From IMG/VR virus record IMGVR_UViG_3300028612_001124: a stretch of 45,203 nt of DNA. One strand, given 5' to 3'. Below the pieces are notes generated by a model. The model did not search any database, was not told where the DNA came from, and worked only from the letters and a program-made list of their open reading frames with translations. The stretch is from a virus. Position numbers and translations under genes: made by a program. Position 1 is the stretch's first letter; each line of letters begins with the position of its first letter. This document shows positions 1 to 7,660 of the stretch, piece by piece.

Positions 1-143
1 TAAAGAATAATAACCAAGAGCAGTACTACTGCCGCCTGTCGTGTTATATCTTAAAGAGTTATAGCCTACGGCGGCATTATTTGCGCCCGTTGTATTCTTA
101 TTTAAAGCGTTTATCCCAATGCTAACATTTTTATTTCCGGTTG
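1..143. repeat. Terminal overlap copy 1 (identical to 45061..45203)
   Basis: Base-for-base identity read directly from both ends of the window. Confidence 0.95.
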
Positions 144-2394
144 TGTTCTCATGCAAAGCCCCGCCACCTATAGCAACATTATCACTACCTGAAATATTGT
201 AATATAAAGCCATTCTGCCAGTAGCAACATTTCCGCCACCGGTAGTATTGAGGAATAAAGATTTATCACCAACAGCAGTGTTAGAACCGCCTGTCGTATT
301 ATCTTTTAAGGCTTCATTGCCTATAGCAGTATTGTTGGTGCCTGTTGTATTGTCCTCTAAAGATTTATAACCAGTAGCAGTATTTCGTTCGCCTGTAGTG
401 TTCGACCTTAAAGCAGAACCTCCTATAGCAACGGTATAATTAACCGTCGTATTAGATTTTAGGGCCTGATAACCTAGCGCAACATTCCTATAACCCGTTG
501 TATTAGAATTTAGTGCAGCGCTCCCTATAGCAACATTTCTATAGCCCGTTGTATTATCCTCTAAAGAACCACTTCCTGTAGCAATGTTGCTATAACCTGT
601 CGTATTGTTTTTTAACGCATATTGTCCAATAGCGTAATTGGTGCCACCTGTTACATTGAATCTCATAGACTCAGTGCCTATAGCAATGTTACCAGAACCA
701 GATGTATTATCTGCTAAAGTTAGTGGGCCTATGGCAATGTTATCACTAGCGGTATTATTGAGCAAAGCTACTCTACCAATAGCAACATTGGAATGGCCTA
801 TTACATTAGCGTTTAGGGCCTGTTTGCCTATAGCGACATTGTATTGCCCTGTTGTGTTATATTTTAAAGCAGAGTGACCTACAGCAACATTATCAAAACC
901 ACCTGCATTGTTCTGTAAAGATAATTTACCTACGGCGACATTACCATAACCTGTCGTGTTATATTTTAAGGCTAAATAACCTACCGCAACATTACCTCCA
1001 ACTGTAGTGGCGCTGTACAATGCTTCATATCCAATAGCAACATTATCCCTAGATGTCGTATTGGCGTATAAAGCACTCCGGCCTACGGCAGTATTCCAAT
1101 TACCTGTCGTATTGTTATATAAAGTCTCTCTACCTACGGCGACATTATCGCCTCCGGTTGTATTATATCGTAACGCACTCTGACCTACGGCGGCATTGTA
1201 ATTACCTGTCGTATTGGAATATGAAGCGCCGTCGCCTATAGCAGTGTTGTGAGTGCCCGTGGTGTTAGCTGTTAATGCATAAGCACCAACGGCAACATTA
1301 TTGCCTGTTATCGTATTATATAAAGCACTTTTACCGATAGCGGTATTACTAGAAGAAGTTGTAGCAGAGTAAAGAGCGGTATAACCAACGGCAACATTGT
1401 TATCCGACGTTGTACTGCTGTATAAAGCAGATTTACCTATAGCTACATTGTTATACCCTGTGGTGTGAACTCTTAAAGTGCCGTAGCCTACAGCGGTATT
1501 GTCAATGCCCGTTGTATTATCTTTTAGAGCTTCTCTACCTACAGCAGTATTCCTATTCCCTGTCGTATTGTAGTATAAAGCCATTCGGCCTACGGCAGTA
1601 TTGCTATTCCCTGTAGTGATCGCTGTGCCAGCTTCGTCACCAATTGCCACGTTGTAGTTGCCACCAGATACAATGGAAGCACCGGCACCATCACCCAGCG
1701 TGAGATTTTTCGTACCAGCCGAGTTTGTCTTGAGTGTGGCGTTTGTGCCCGTTGCGCCAAGGGTGAGAGTTGTGAATGAGCCAGCAGCGGGTGTAGTGCC
1801 ACCGATACTCGCGCCGTCTACCGTGCCGCCGGTAATCACAACCGCGCTTGCCGCCTGTGATGCGATGGTGCCGGCGTCTGAAATTGTCGCTAGGATCTGC
1901 GTGCCAGTGTGATTGGCGCGCGCCAGGAGCGTCGCGTTCGTACTGTTTGCGGTGGCCCCGTTCGCAACATTCAGGATCGTCCTCACTTCTACCGCCGTCA
2001 GTGCCGCCGTATTGCCGGTAGATTTCCGGCCAACAATCGTCGATGCACCGATGGTTAGCGGCAGCGGCGTGTTGTTGGCCGCCGCTGCCAAAATCGTATT
2101 GGCGCTGAAGTCGGTTTCCATTACCGCGCCGGCGGCGTTTACATTGGCCGTGCCGGTAACGTCCCCCATGAGATTCAAGGACGCGGCGGTGAACGCATCT
2201 ACATGAACCGTGGCGTTCTTTAGCAGACCGTCATCGCGCTGGATCAGAGCAAGGCTCGTCCTGATCTGGTCTGTCGTCGTGACAAGGGCGTTTAATTCGG
2301 TGTCCAGATCCACGCCAGTGTGCGGCAGGGCCGGGAAACTCGACGAAAACGTGGTGAAGTCCGCTTGGCGGATATATGCGACTGGTTGGGTCAT
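1..2394 (-). CDS. Tail fibre, N-terminal segment (partial at window edge; continues through the end overlap into 45203..45052)
   Basis: ATG at 2394..2392 (MTQPVAYIRQADFTTF...). The frame stays open to base 1, so it is absent from the ORF track. An N-terminal domain of about 245 aa is GC-rich. AT-rich 17-aa repeats follow (NTTGxxNxAxGxxALxx, e.g. NTTGYSNIATGSGSLED at 600..550). Confidence 0.85.
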   Translation of the reverse strand, partial: MTQPVAYIRQADFTTFSSSFPALPHTGVDLDTELNALVTTTDQIRTSLALIQRDDGLLKNATVHVDAFTAASLNLMGDVTGTANVNAAGAVMETDFSANTILAAAANNTPLPLTIGASTIVGRKSTGNTAALTAVEVRTILNVANGATANSTNATLLARANHTGTQILATISDAGTIASQAASAVVITGGTVDGASIGGTTPAAGSFTTLTLGATGTNATLKTNSAGTKNLTLGDGAGASIVSGGNYNVAIGDEAGTAITTGNSNTAVGRMALYYNTTGNRNTAVGREALKDNTTGIDNTAVGYGTLRVHTTGYNNVAIGKSALYSSTTSDNNVAVGYTALYSATTSSSNTAIGKSALYNTITGNNVAVGAYALTANTTGTHNTAIGDGASYSNTTGNYNAAVGQSALRYNTTGGDNVAVGRETLYNNTTGNWNTAVGRSALYANTTSRDNVAIGYEALYSATTVGGNVAVGYLALKYNTTGYGNVAVGKLSLQNNAGGFDNVAVGHSALKYNTTGQYNVAIGKQALNANVIGHSNVAIGRVALLNNTASDNIAIGPLTLADNTSGSGNIAIGTESMRFNVTGGTNYAIGQYALKNNTTGYSNIATGSGSLEDNTTGYRNVAIGSAALNSNTTGYRNVALGYQALKSNTTVNYTVAIGGSALRSNTTGERNTATGYKSLEDNTTGTNNTAIGNEALKDNTTGGSNTAVGDKSLFLNTTGGGNVATGRMALYYNISGSDNVAIGGGALHENTTGNKNVSIGINALNKNTTGANNAAVGYNSLRYNTTGGSSTALGYYSL

Positions 2395-2470
2395 GCCGGG
2401 ATGTATAGCAAAATATTTCAATGTTGGCTATAGTCGGCATACAAGACAATCAGATTGAAGGGAATACGTT

Positions 2471-2662
2471 ATGGAATTTATCACTTCTGCACTTGAGGAT
2501 TTTCCCGTCTGGCTCCAGGCCGTCCTGGCTGTTGTCACGGCGGCAACCGCGATTACCGCTCTGACGCCAACCACGGTGGACGACAAGGCGATTGGTTGGC
2601 TGCTCAAGATACTCAACGTGCTGGCCGGCAACATCGGCAAAAACCGCAACAAGGATGCGTAA
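2471..2662 (+). CDS. Putative holin / small membrane protein (63 aa)
   Basis: SD AAGGGA lies upstream. There is a hydrophobic helix ([19 protein letters not shown]), a second amphipathic helix and a basic C-terminus (GKNRNKDA). The stop overlaps the next ATG (TAATG). Confidence 0.5.
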   Translation: MEFITSALEDFPVWLQAVLAVVTAATAITALTPTTVDDKAIGWLLKILNVLAGNIGKNRNKDA

Positions 2663-2865
2663 TGTGGGCTCTCCTCGGCTGGCTCCAGGCCATCGCGAAG
2701 CTAGGCAACTGGATCAGTCGCTATGTCGAGCGGGCGGGGATGCGGCGTGATGGCCGCAATGCTCAAATCGTCGATAGTCTCAAGGTCCGCAAGCGCCGCC
2801 GCCGCAGGGCTGCTGCTGCTGTCCCTATCCGCATGTCTGATGACCCCCAAAATCGGGATCGTTGA
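2662..2865 (+). CDS. Putative i-spanin-like / lysis accessory protein (67 aa)
   Basis: ATG 2662 overlaps the holin stop. The N-terminus [18 protein letters not shown] is hydrophobic. The lipoprotein gene is embedded in its +1 frame as in Rz/Rz1 pairs. The protein is short and its C-terminal half looks like out-of-frame sequence, so confidence is low. Confidence 0.3.
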   Translation: MWALLGWLQAIAKLGNWISRYVERAGMRRDGRNAQIVDSLKVRKRRRRRAAAAVPIRMSDDPQNRDR

Positions 2866-3013
2866 CGACTGTGATATATTTTCCACAATTACCTACTCCG
2901 CCAACCTGGACACAGCCGAAACCGTGAGTCAGGTGCGGCGGCATAATGCGCGGTATCTGGCGCTGTGTGGTTCGAAAAGCGCGACGGTCTTAAATCTTAG
3001 CAATGCTATTTGA
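2750..3013 (+). CDS. Putative o-spanin (Rz1-like lipoprotein)
   Basis: Signal peptide with lipobox: M(AAM)LKSSIVSRSASAAAAGLLLLSLSA|C. The mature part is about 59 aa with two further Cys. The gene is embedded out of frame in the preceding ORF. Alternative starts are 2723 and 2759. Confidence 0.55.
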   Translation: MAAMLKSSIVSRSASAAAAGLLLLSLSACLMTPKIGIVDDCDIFSTITYSANLDTAETVSQVRRHNARYLALCGSKSATVLNLSNAI

Positions 3014-3360
3014 TAATCGTGTTCATCTTGCTCTTGGTACTGTTCGATACGGTCGCGCGCCGCGGCAAATCCCGTCCGGTTAGTTCGGCGGGCGCGGAAC
3101 GACCCAGGACGCGAATGGCGACCGTTTTGTGCGCTAAAATCCTGTCCAAAAAGTTCTTCCAACCATACTTCACCGTCAAAGTTCCAAAGGCCGTCGTCAA
3201 CGTCCTTGTCGAGAATGCTTCCCGGCACGAACTCTCGAAACTGTGTTGTTCTGAATTTTGACACCATCACCCGTCCCAATGTCGACCGCAACGCCCGTGA
3301 TACCCAATCGTCGGGCCATGGCGAGGTGGTTCTCTTTGAAGTGTCGAGAGATACCGACAT
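2929..3360 (-). CDS. Hypothetical protein (143 aa)
   Basis: ATG at 3360 (MSVSLDTSKRTT...). The acidic stretch GSILDKDVDDGLWNFDGEVWLEELFGQDF is protein-like. The 3' 85 nt overlap the o-spanin ORF on the opposite strand. No SD was seen. Confidence 0.5.
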   Translation of the reverse strand: MSVSLDTSKRTTSPWPDDWVSRALRSTLGRVMVSKFRTTQFREFVPGSILDKDVDDGLWNFDGEVWLEELFGQDFSAQNGRHSRPGSFRARRTNRTGFAAARDRIEQYQEQDEHDYQIALLRFKTVALFEPHSARYRALCRRT

Positions 3361-3435
3361 ACAGTAGGCGGCAAGTTCTGTAAATAGCAAAAATTGGTGG
3401 GTGAGGAGCATAAAGATTATGCGCGCGCCGGGCGA

Positions 3436-3451
3436 CCCCCCCCCCAGGGGG
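3436..3451. repeat. Homopolymer C10-A-G5
   Basis: Ten consecutive C (3436..3445), then A, then five G. It lies in the spacer upstream of the 3360 start on the minus strand. Confidence 0.9.
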
Positions 3452-3517
3452 CGGATCGCGCATGTGCGGCTGGGTGCGCGCAATCCTTCTAACTACATGC
3501 GTAGCCCACCCGCCGGC

Positions 3518-3558
3518 CAGACAGAACACCGCGCTATGTATGCGGTGTTTTCTGTCTG
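3518..3558. terminator. Long stem-loop directly 3' of terS (possible terminator or RNA-stability element)
   Basis: CAGACAGAACACCGC (3518..3532) pairs with GCGGTGTT(tt)CTGTCTG (3542..3558): about 15 bp with a 2-nt bulge and a 9-nt loop. No clean U-run follows on the minus strand. Confidence 0.4.
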
Positions 3559-4068
3559 TTAGATGTCTGTTTCTGTTACACTTTCGGGAGTCGCGTTAAT
3601 CGTCTTTGTCTCGGCGTCGCGCTTTTCCAGTCCGTCCTTAATTATCTGTTCAAGCTCCTCCGCCGTGTATTCAGACAGCGACTTGTCGCCTAATGTCTTA
3701 TTTCCGCTATCTTTTAATCCAGACAGATCGACCAGATAGGTTGCTGCTTTTACTCTGGCCGGCGCGGGCGCATTAGGATCAAGCATAACGTCTCGCAACG
3801 TGCCCAGCGCGAGGCCGGCGAGTCTTGTCTGAACCTCACGCAAGTTGTGCCTTTGAATCGCCGCGACAATTCGGGGATTCCCTTTCAGTTTCCATCCGTC
3901 AGCTTCCGGCGTTGCGTACCCTGCGACCCTCGCCGCGTCCGTCGCGTTCCCGCCGTTCGCTAGATAATATCTGCAAAATTGATTCTGTCTTTCAGTCAGA
4001 TTCGCCGCGCCGGCAAACTGCCCAGTGCGCCTTCGCCGCAACGCTGGCGTGCCCTTTTCTTGCCCCAT
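3559..4068 (-). CDS. terS: Terminase small subunit (Terminase_2/P27-like)
   Basis: Motif LTERQNQFCRYYLANGGNATDAARVAGYATPEADGWKLKGNPRIVAAI. ATG 4068 is preceded by GAGGGAAG. The ORF-track TTG start at 4119 is less likely. Confidence 0.8.
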   Translation of the reverse strand: MGQEKGTPALRRRRTGQFAGAANLTERQNQFCRYYLANGGNATDAARVAGYATPEADGWKLKGNPRIVAAIQRHNLREVQTRLAGLALGTLRDVMLDPNAPAPARVKAATYLVDLSGLKDSGNKTLGDKSLSEYTAEELEQIIKDGLEKRDAETKTINATPESVTETDI

Positions 4069-4132
4069 GCCCACGCTTCCCTCATTGTGGCGGTTGTCTC
4101 TCCCAATAATCGCAGACAAACAAACAAAATAC

Positions 4133-4162
4133 TAGACACCGACAATCTGTAGGCAGTAGAAT
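4133..4162 (+). promoter_or_regulatory. Candidate sigma70-type promoter of the plus-strand cassette
   Basis: TAGACA (4133..4138), 18 nt, TAGAAT (4157..4162). The spacer starts with CCGACAA and contains one TGTAGG half-site (4148..4153). Confidence 0.45.
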
Positions 4163-4214
4163 GACCCACGGCCCGCCAACGCGGAGCCGCTAACCACCAC
4201 TGGGAGCGCCCACC

Positions 4215-5540
4215 ATGACTCTAGCCAGACACGAACTCGAAATCAAAATCAGCCCCCACAGCCGCGGCGTGGCCAACATCGACTCTTCCAACCGCGTGGC
4301 CGTCCGAAAATGGCTGGGCACGTTCGGCGTGCCCTACGCCGTCGCCGGACTCCTTACTATAGAGGAGCTGCGCCGAGCCTACCGCGACGATTCAGACGAG
4401 ACGGCGCGCCGGTATATCGGTTGCACGGGCGACCGCACCTATATCACCGTGCCCTATGCCGACAAGGACCGCGCGAAATTGCGTGGCGCCAAGTGGGATA
4501 AGACCCACAATTTATGGTATTTTTTCACCGGCGACGCCCACAAGGACGACTTTGCCGCGTGGGAGCAGACAGGGCGACCGCCACAGCCCGTTCCAGCCAC
4601 CCCAGCCCCAGCCCCAGCCCCAGCCCCAGCCCCAGCCGCCCCAGCCACCAACGATGTAGCCGCCGCGATCGCCGCCGCGATCGCCGCCGCGCTGGCCGGT
4701 CTACAGACAGGCGCAGGGACGGACGAGGCCGCCGTTATCGCGCTGATTGCCAAGCACTCGCGCCACCTCACCGTAACCATAGAGACTAAAGAACCCCAGC
4801 CCCCGCGCACCCTACCCGACGAGGCCCGCCATGCGGTATTTGCCGACGTGCTGCGCCTTGTGGCCCGCAACGTAAATATTTTTCTCGTTGGCCCGGCGGG
4901 TTGCGGCAAAACCACGCTAGCGGAACAAGTGGCCCGCGCTTTGGGCCTAGACTTTTACTTCACCGGCGCGATTTCCAGCGAATACAAACTATCTGGATTC
5001 ATTGACGCGCAGGGGCGCATTGTCTCGACCCCGTTCCGCAACGCCTATCAAAATGGTGGCCTGTTTCTGTTCGACGAGATAGATGGCTCATTGCCCGGCG
5101 CAGTAATGTCGTTTAACGCCGCCCTTGCCAACGGTCACGCGGACTTCCCCGACAAAAACATCTGCCGCCACGCCGATTTCCGCGTGATCGGAGCCGCCAA
5201 CACATTCGGGGCTGGCGCTGACCGGCTTTACGTCGGGCGCAACCAGCTAGATGCCAGCACGCTAGACCGCTTCTTCATGCTTCCCATGGCCTATGACGAC
5301 GATCTCGAAGCCGCGATTGTCGGAGACCGCGACACATACGGCTGGCTCGACCGGGTGCGCGCCGTGCGCCGTGCCGTGGCCACCTTGAAACTGCGCCATA
5401 TTGTTTCGCCGCGCTCGACCTTGCATGGACTGACCGCGCTTGAGGCAGGCGTAAGCCGCAAGACGGTAGAGGCCGGAACGATTTTCAAGTCTCTCGACAA
5501 GCCGACGATCCGCAAGATTGAAGCGGAGGTGATAAAATGA
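4215..5540 (+). CDS. AAA+ ATPase (AAA_5/MoxR-like) with N-terminal DUF5710-like domain and Pro-Ala linker
   Basis: Walker A GPAGCGKT and Walker B LFLFDEID. N-terminal TYITVPYADKDRAKLRGAKWDKTHNLWYF resembles DUF5710. A PAPAPAPAPAPA linker separates the domains. SD GGGAG lies 8 nt before the ATG. Confidence 0.85.
   Translation: MTLARHELEIKISPHSRGVANIDSSNRVAVRKWLGTFGVPYAVAGLLTIEELRRAYRDDSDETARRYIGCTGDRTYITVPYADKDRAKLRGAKWDKTHNLWYFFTGDAHKDDFAAWEQTGRPPQPVPATPAPAPAPAPAPAAPATNDVAAAIAAAIAAALAGLQTGAGTDEAAVIALIAKHSRHLTVTIETKEPQPPRTLPDEARHAVFADVLRLVARNVNIFLVGPAGCGKTTLAEQVARALGLDFYFTGAISSEYKLSGFIDAQGRIVSTPFRNAYQNGGLFLFDEIDGSLPGAVMSFNAALANGHADFPDKNICRHADFRVIGAANTFGAGADRLYVGRNQLDASTLDRFFMLPMAYDDDLEAAIVGDRDTYGWLDRVRAVRRAVATLKLRHIVSPRSTLHGLTALEAGVSRKTVEAGTIFKSLDKPTIRKIEAEVIK
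4602..4637 (+). repeat. (CCAGCC)6 perfect hexanucleotide tandem repeat, in frame (Pro-Ala)n
   Basis: Read directly. Degenerate copies flank it at 4593..4598 and 4641..4646. Confidence 0.95.
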
Positions 5541-6337
5541 CTACCGTCCATTTCGACTCTTGGAATGAAAGCATTGAGATCGCCGCCGACGCATCGCTAA
5601 CCCGCTGGACGCTGAAATCATCCCGCACTGGCAGCCTGGACTTTACCGGCACTGAAACGTGGGATGAGGCGCTAGACCTTGCCCGCTATGGCTGGCCCAA
5701 AGGTCGCGCACGACTGCATAACTTGATTTCCGAGGCCGCCACCGCCCGCCAACCGTCTGTGGCCCCCGCTCTCTCCTATGACGTGGCGGGCGCATATCCC
5801 AACGCTGCGCTTGCCGCCGCAGGCGACCCGGCGTGCATGGTTACGCCCTACCAGGACGAGGCCGCCGCCCGTCCGATTGTGCGGCTGGCCGTGAATTTTG
5901 GCGCGCGGTCCTCGACCAAGACCAAGACCATCGAGAATTACGGCGCGGCTGTTTTGGCCTACATCGACCGCGCCGAGGCCGGAGGCGTATCGGTGGAATT
6001 ACTTATGACTTCCTGCAACGAAATCACCGACCTAACTTATAACATTCATACCGTCCTCAAGCGCGCAGGCGAGCCACTTGAACTGGACCGCCTCGCCTTC
6101 GCAATTGGCCACCCGTCGAGCCTGCGCCGCATCAAATTCGCACATTTAGAGCAATCGCCCCGCAAACACCAACATTCAGGATACGGCTATCCAAAGCCTG
6201 ACCGACCGGCTGACCTCGACCATGACCAGATATTTATTACCGGATTAATAAACGGCAAAGGGCTGGATTCACTGGCCGCCGCCATGGTCACGATTGACGC
6301 CCGAATCCTCGCCGAGCAAGACCGAATCAGACAGTAG
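5537..6337 (+). CDS. Hypothetical partner of the AAA+ ATPase (266 aa), possibly a degenerate VWA-like fold
   Basis: ATGA start/stop overlap with the ATPase gene. Motifs: WDEALDLARYGWPKG and IVRLAVNFGARSSTKTKTIENYGAAVLAYIDRAEAGGVSVEL (beta-loop-helix pattern without a clear DxSxS MIDAS). Confidence 0.75.
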   Translation: MTTVHFDSWNESIEIAADASLTRWTLKSSRTGSLDFTGTETWDEALDLARYGWPKGRARLHNLISEAATARQPSVAPALSYDVAGAYPNAALAAAGDPACMVTPYQDEAAARPIVRLAVNFGARSSTKTKTIENYGAAVLAYIDRAEAGGVSVELLMTSCNEITDLTYNIHTVLKRAGEPLELDRLAFAIGHPSSLRRIKFAHLEQSPRKHQHSGYGYPKPDRPADLDHDQIFITGLINGKGLDSLAAAMVTIDARILAEQDRIRQ

Positions 6338-6427
6338 CGCCAGACGGCATGGGGACCAGCAACCCCGCGCCGTCCCCGGTGCTGTCAATTCAGACAGAAC
6401 CAGACAACCAAAACAGGAGCAACCACC

Positions 6428-6913
6428 ATGGGATATTCAACAGAATTTCACGGCGGAATCGGACTCGACCCAGTGTTGACCCCCGCCGAAATAAAATATC
6501 TTCGAGACTTCAACCGCACCCGCCACAACGAGCGCGCCGCCGGCCCCTACGCCGTTGGCGTGGGCATCGACCAGCCCGGCATCGACTACAACAAGGTCGG
6601 CGCTGGCAAGTCGGGCCTCTGGTGCGGCTGGACCGTCGCACCGGACAGCCCCGGCTTAATCGAATGGGATTATGGCGAGAAATTCTACAATGCCGCCGAG
6701 TGGATGCAATACCTCATCGACCATTTCATCGGCCCGTCACCACTTGCCGCAAAAGAATTGCCCTTTCTAACAGGGCATAAATGTAACGGCTCGATTGAAG
6801 CCGTCGGGTCTGAACTTAACGACTATTGGGAATTAACCGTAAAGGATTCCCAAGTCTACGTCGCGCCAGGGTCAATCGTTTATGGCGTGCCGATACTCGT
6901 AGGGGGGGCTTGA
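6428..6913 (+). CDS. Hypothetical protein (161 aa; MGYSTEF... family seen by eye in phages and plasmids)
   Basis: ORF track. The initiation region is CAGGAGCAACCACCATGG. Confidence 0.8.
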   Translation: MGYSTEFHGGIGLDPVLTPAEIKYLRDFNRTRHNERAAGPYAVGVGIDQPGIDYNKVGAGKSGLWCGWTVAPDSPGLIEWDYGEKFYNAAEWMQYLIDHFIGPSPLAAKELPFLTGHKCNGSIEAVGSELNDYWELTVKDSQVYVAPGSIVYGVPILVGGA

Positions 6914-6916
6914 GCC

Positions 6917-7186
6917 ATGCAAGCACCCTCCTTCGACCTTGGCCGCATTGTCGCCACGCCCGGCGCGTACGCCGTCGCGGAATTGGGATTCCACGTCCTG
7001 ATCCACCGCCACGCTAGCGGCGACTGGGGCGACATTCCACCCGAAGACGTAGGCTTGAACGAGGCCGCGCTGGAACATGGCCAGCGCATTTTTTCGGTTT
7101 ACGACCTTGGCGAAGACCAGACAATCTGGATTATCACCGAGGCCGACCGATCCGCCACGACCATCCTGACCCCGGCGGAATACTAG
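6917..7186 (+). CDS. Small conserved protein (89 aa) with GDWG...IITEADRS.TT.L.P.EY motif
   Basis: ORF track; it starts 4 nt after the previous stop. I remember this motif from plasmid and phage small proteins of unknown function. Confidence 0.75.
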   Translation: MQAPSFDLGRIVATPGAYAVAELGFHVLIHRHASGDWGDIPPEDVGLNEAALEHGQRIFSVYDLGEDQTIWIITEADRSATTILTPAEY

Positions 7187-7189
7187 GCC

Positions 7190-7276
7190 ATGCGGAATCT
7201 ACTAGAAACCGCAGTGCTGGCATTCTTTTTCGCGGTGCTGCTGGTGCTGTACAGCTTCGTGGAAATCGTATCGTGA
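7190..7276 (+). CDS. Possible 28-aa hydrophobic micro-protein
   Basis: ATG lies 4 nt after the previous stop. Sequence MRNLLETAVLAFFFAVLLVLYSFVEIVS is one TM-length helix. It is below the ORF-track cutoff. Confidence 0.25.
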   Translation: MRNLLETAVLAFFFAVLLVLYSFVEIVS

Positions 7277-7365
7277 ACTGGCGATACCATGCCGCCGTGA
7301 TTTTCGCCCGGCTTTGTGGCTTGGTGATCTTCCTCGCCACGATGGCCGTGATCCTTGAAAGCTAG
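7273..7365 (+). CDS. Possible 30-aa hydrophobic micro-protein
   Basis: The GTG start overlaps the previous TGA (GTGA). Sequence VNWRYHAAVIFARLCGLVIFLATMAVILES. Confidence 0.2.
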   Translation: MNWRYHAAVIFARLCGLVIFLATMAVILES

Positions 7366-7446
7366 ACCGCAACCCGCAGCGGTGGGCTGGATACCCGCCG
7401 TTGCACGGTGCGATCCGCGCCAGACAGACAGACAGGAGCAACCACC

Positions 7447-7635
7447 ATGGAAAAGCTAACCCGCGAGCAAGTCGAGGCGCTCAAAGCCGTTTACGACCGT
7501 CACGTTGTGCCGACAGGAGAATCTTCATACCTATCATTCCGCCGCACCGCTTGGATCATGTTTGATGATTGCCTAATGGTGCCCGTGCCCGGCATGACCA
7601 TCGGAATCGAGCGTGACGGCTACACACACACTTAA
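7447..7635 (+). CDS. Hypothetical small protein (62 aa)
   Basis: ATG 7447 sits in the same CAGGAGCAACCACCATGG context as 6428. Sequence MEKLTREQVEALKAVYDRH...GIERDGYTHT. Confidence 0.65.
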   Translation: MEKLTREQVEALKAVYDRHVVPTGESSYLSFRRTAWIMFDDCLMVPVPGMTIGIERDGYTHT

Positions 7636-7660
7636 CGCCGATTAAACAAAGGCAAAGACC

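Noticed and set aside
638-1241. Plus-strand ORFs (638..877, 1053..1241, and 44945..45184, 43273..43494) inside the fibre region
   Set aside because: They are antisense to a long open, strongly periodic fibre frame. Their translations are low-complexity mirror images of the repeats. No RBS is present.
2929-3483. Long 184-aa form of the minus-strand ORF starting at 3483
   Set aside because: The N-terminal extension would be translated through the C10/G5 tract and promoter-like DNA, and it looks non-protein-like (MRAPSRTCAIRPLGGGSPGAR...). ATG 3360 gives a plausible protein.
4310-4915. Overlapping ORFs 4310..4501, 4454..4915(-), 4456..4659 and 4514..4789 within the ATPase gene
   Set aside because: These are alternative frames of a GC-rich repeat-containing region (Pro/Arg/Ala-rich nonsense translations). 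The Walker-motif frame explains the region.
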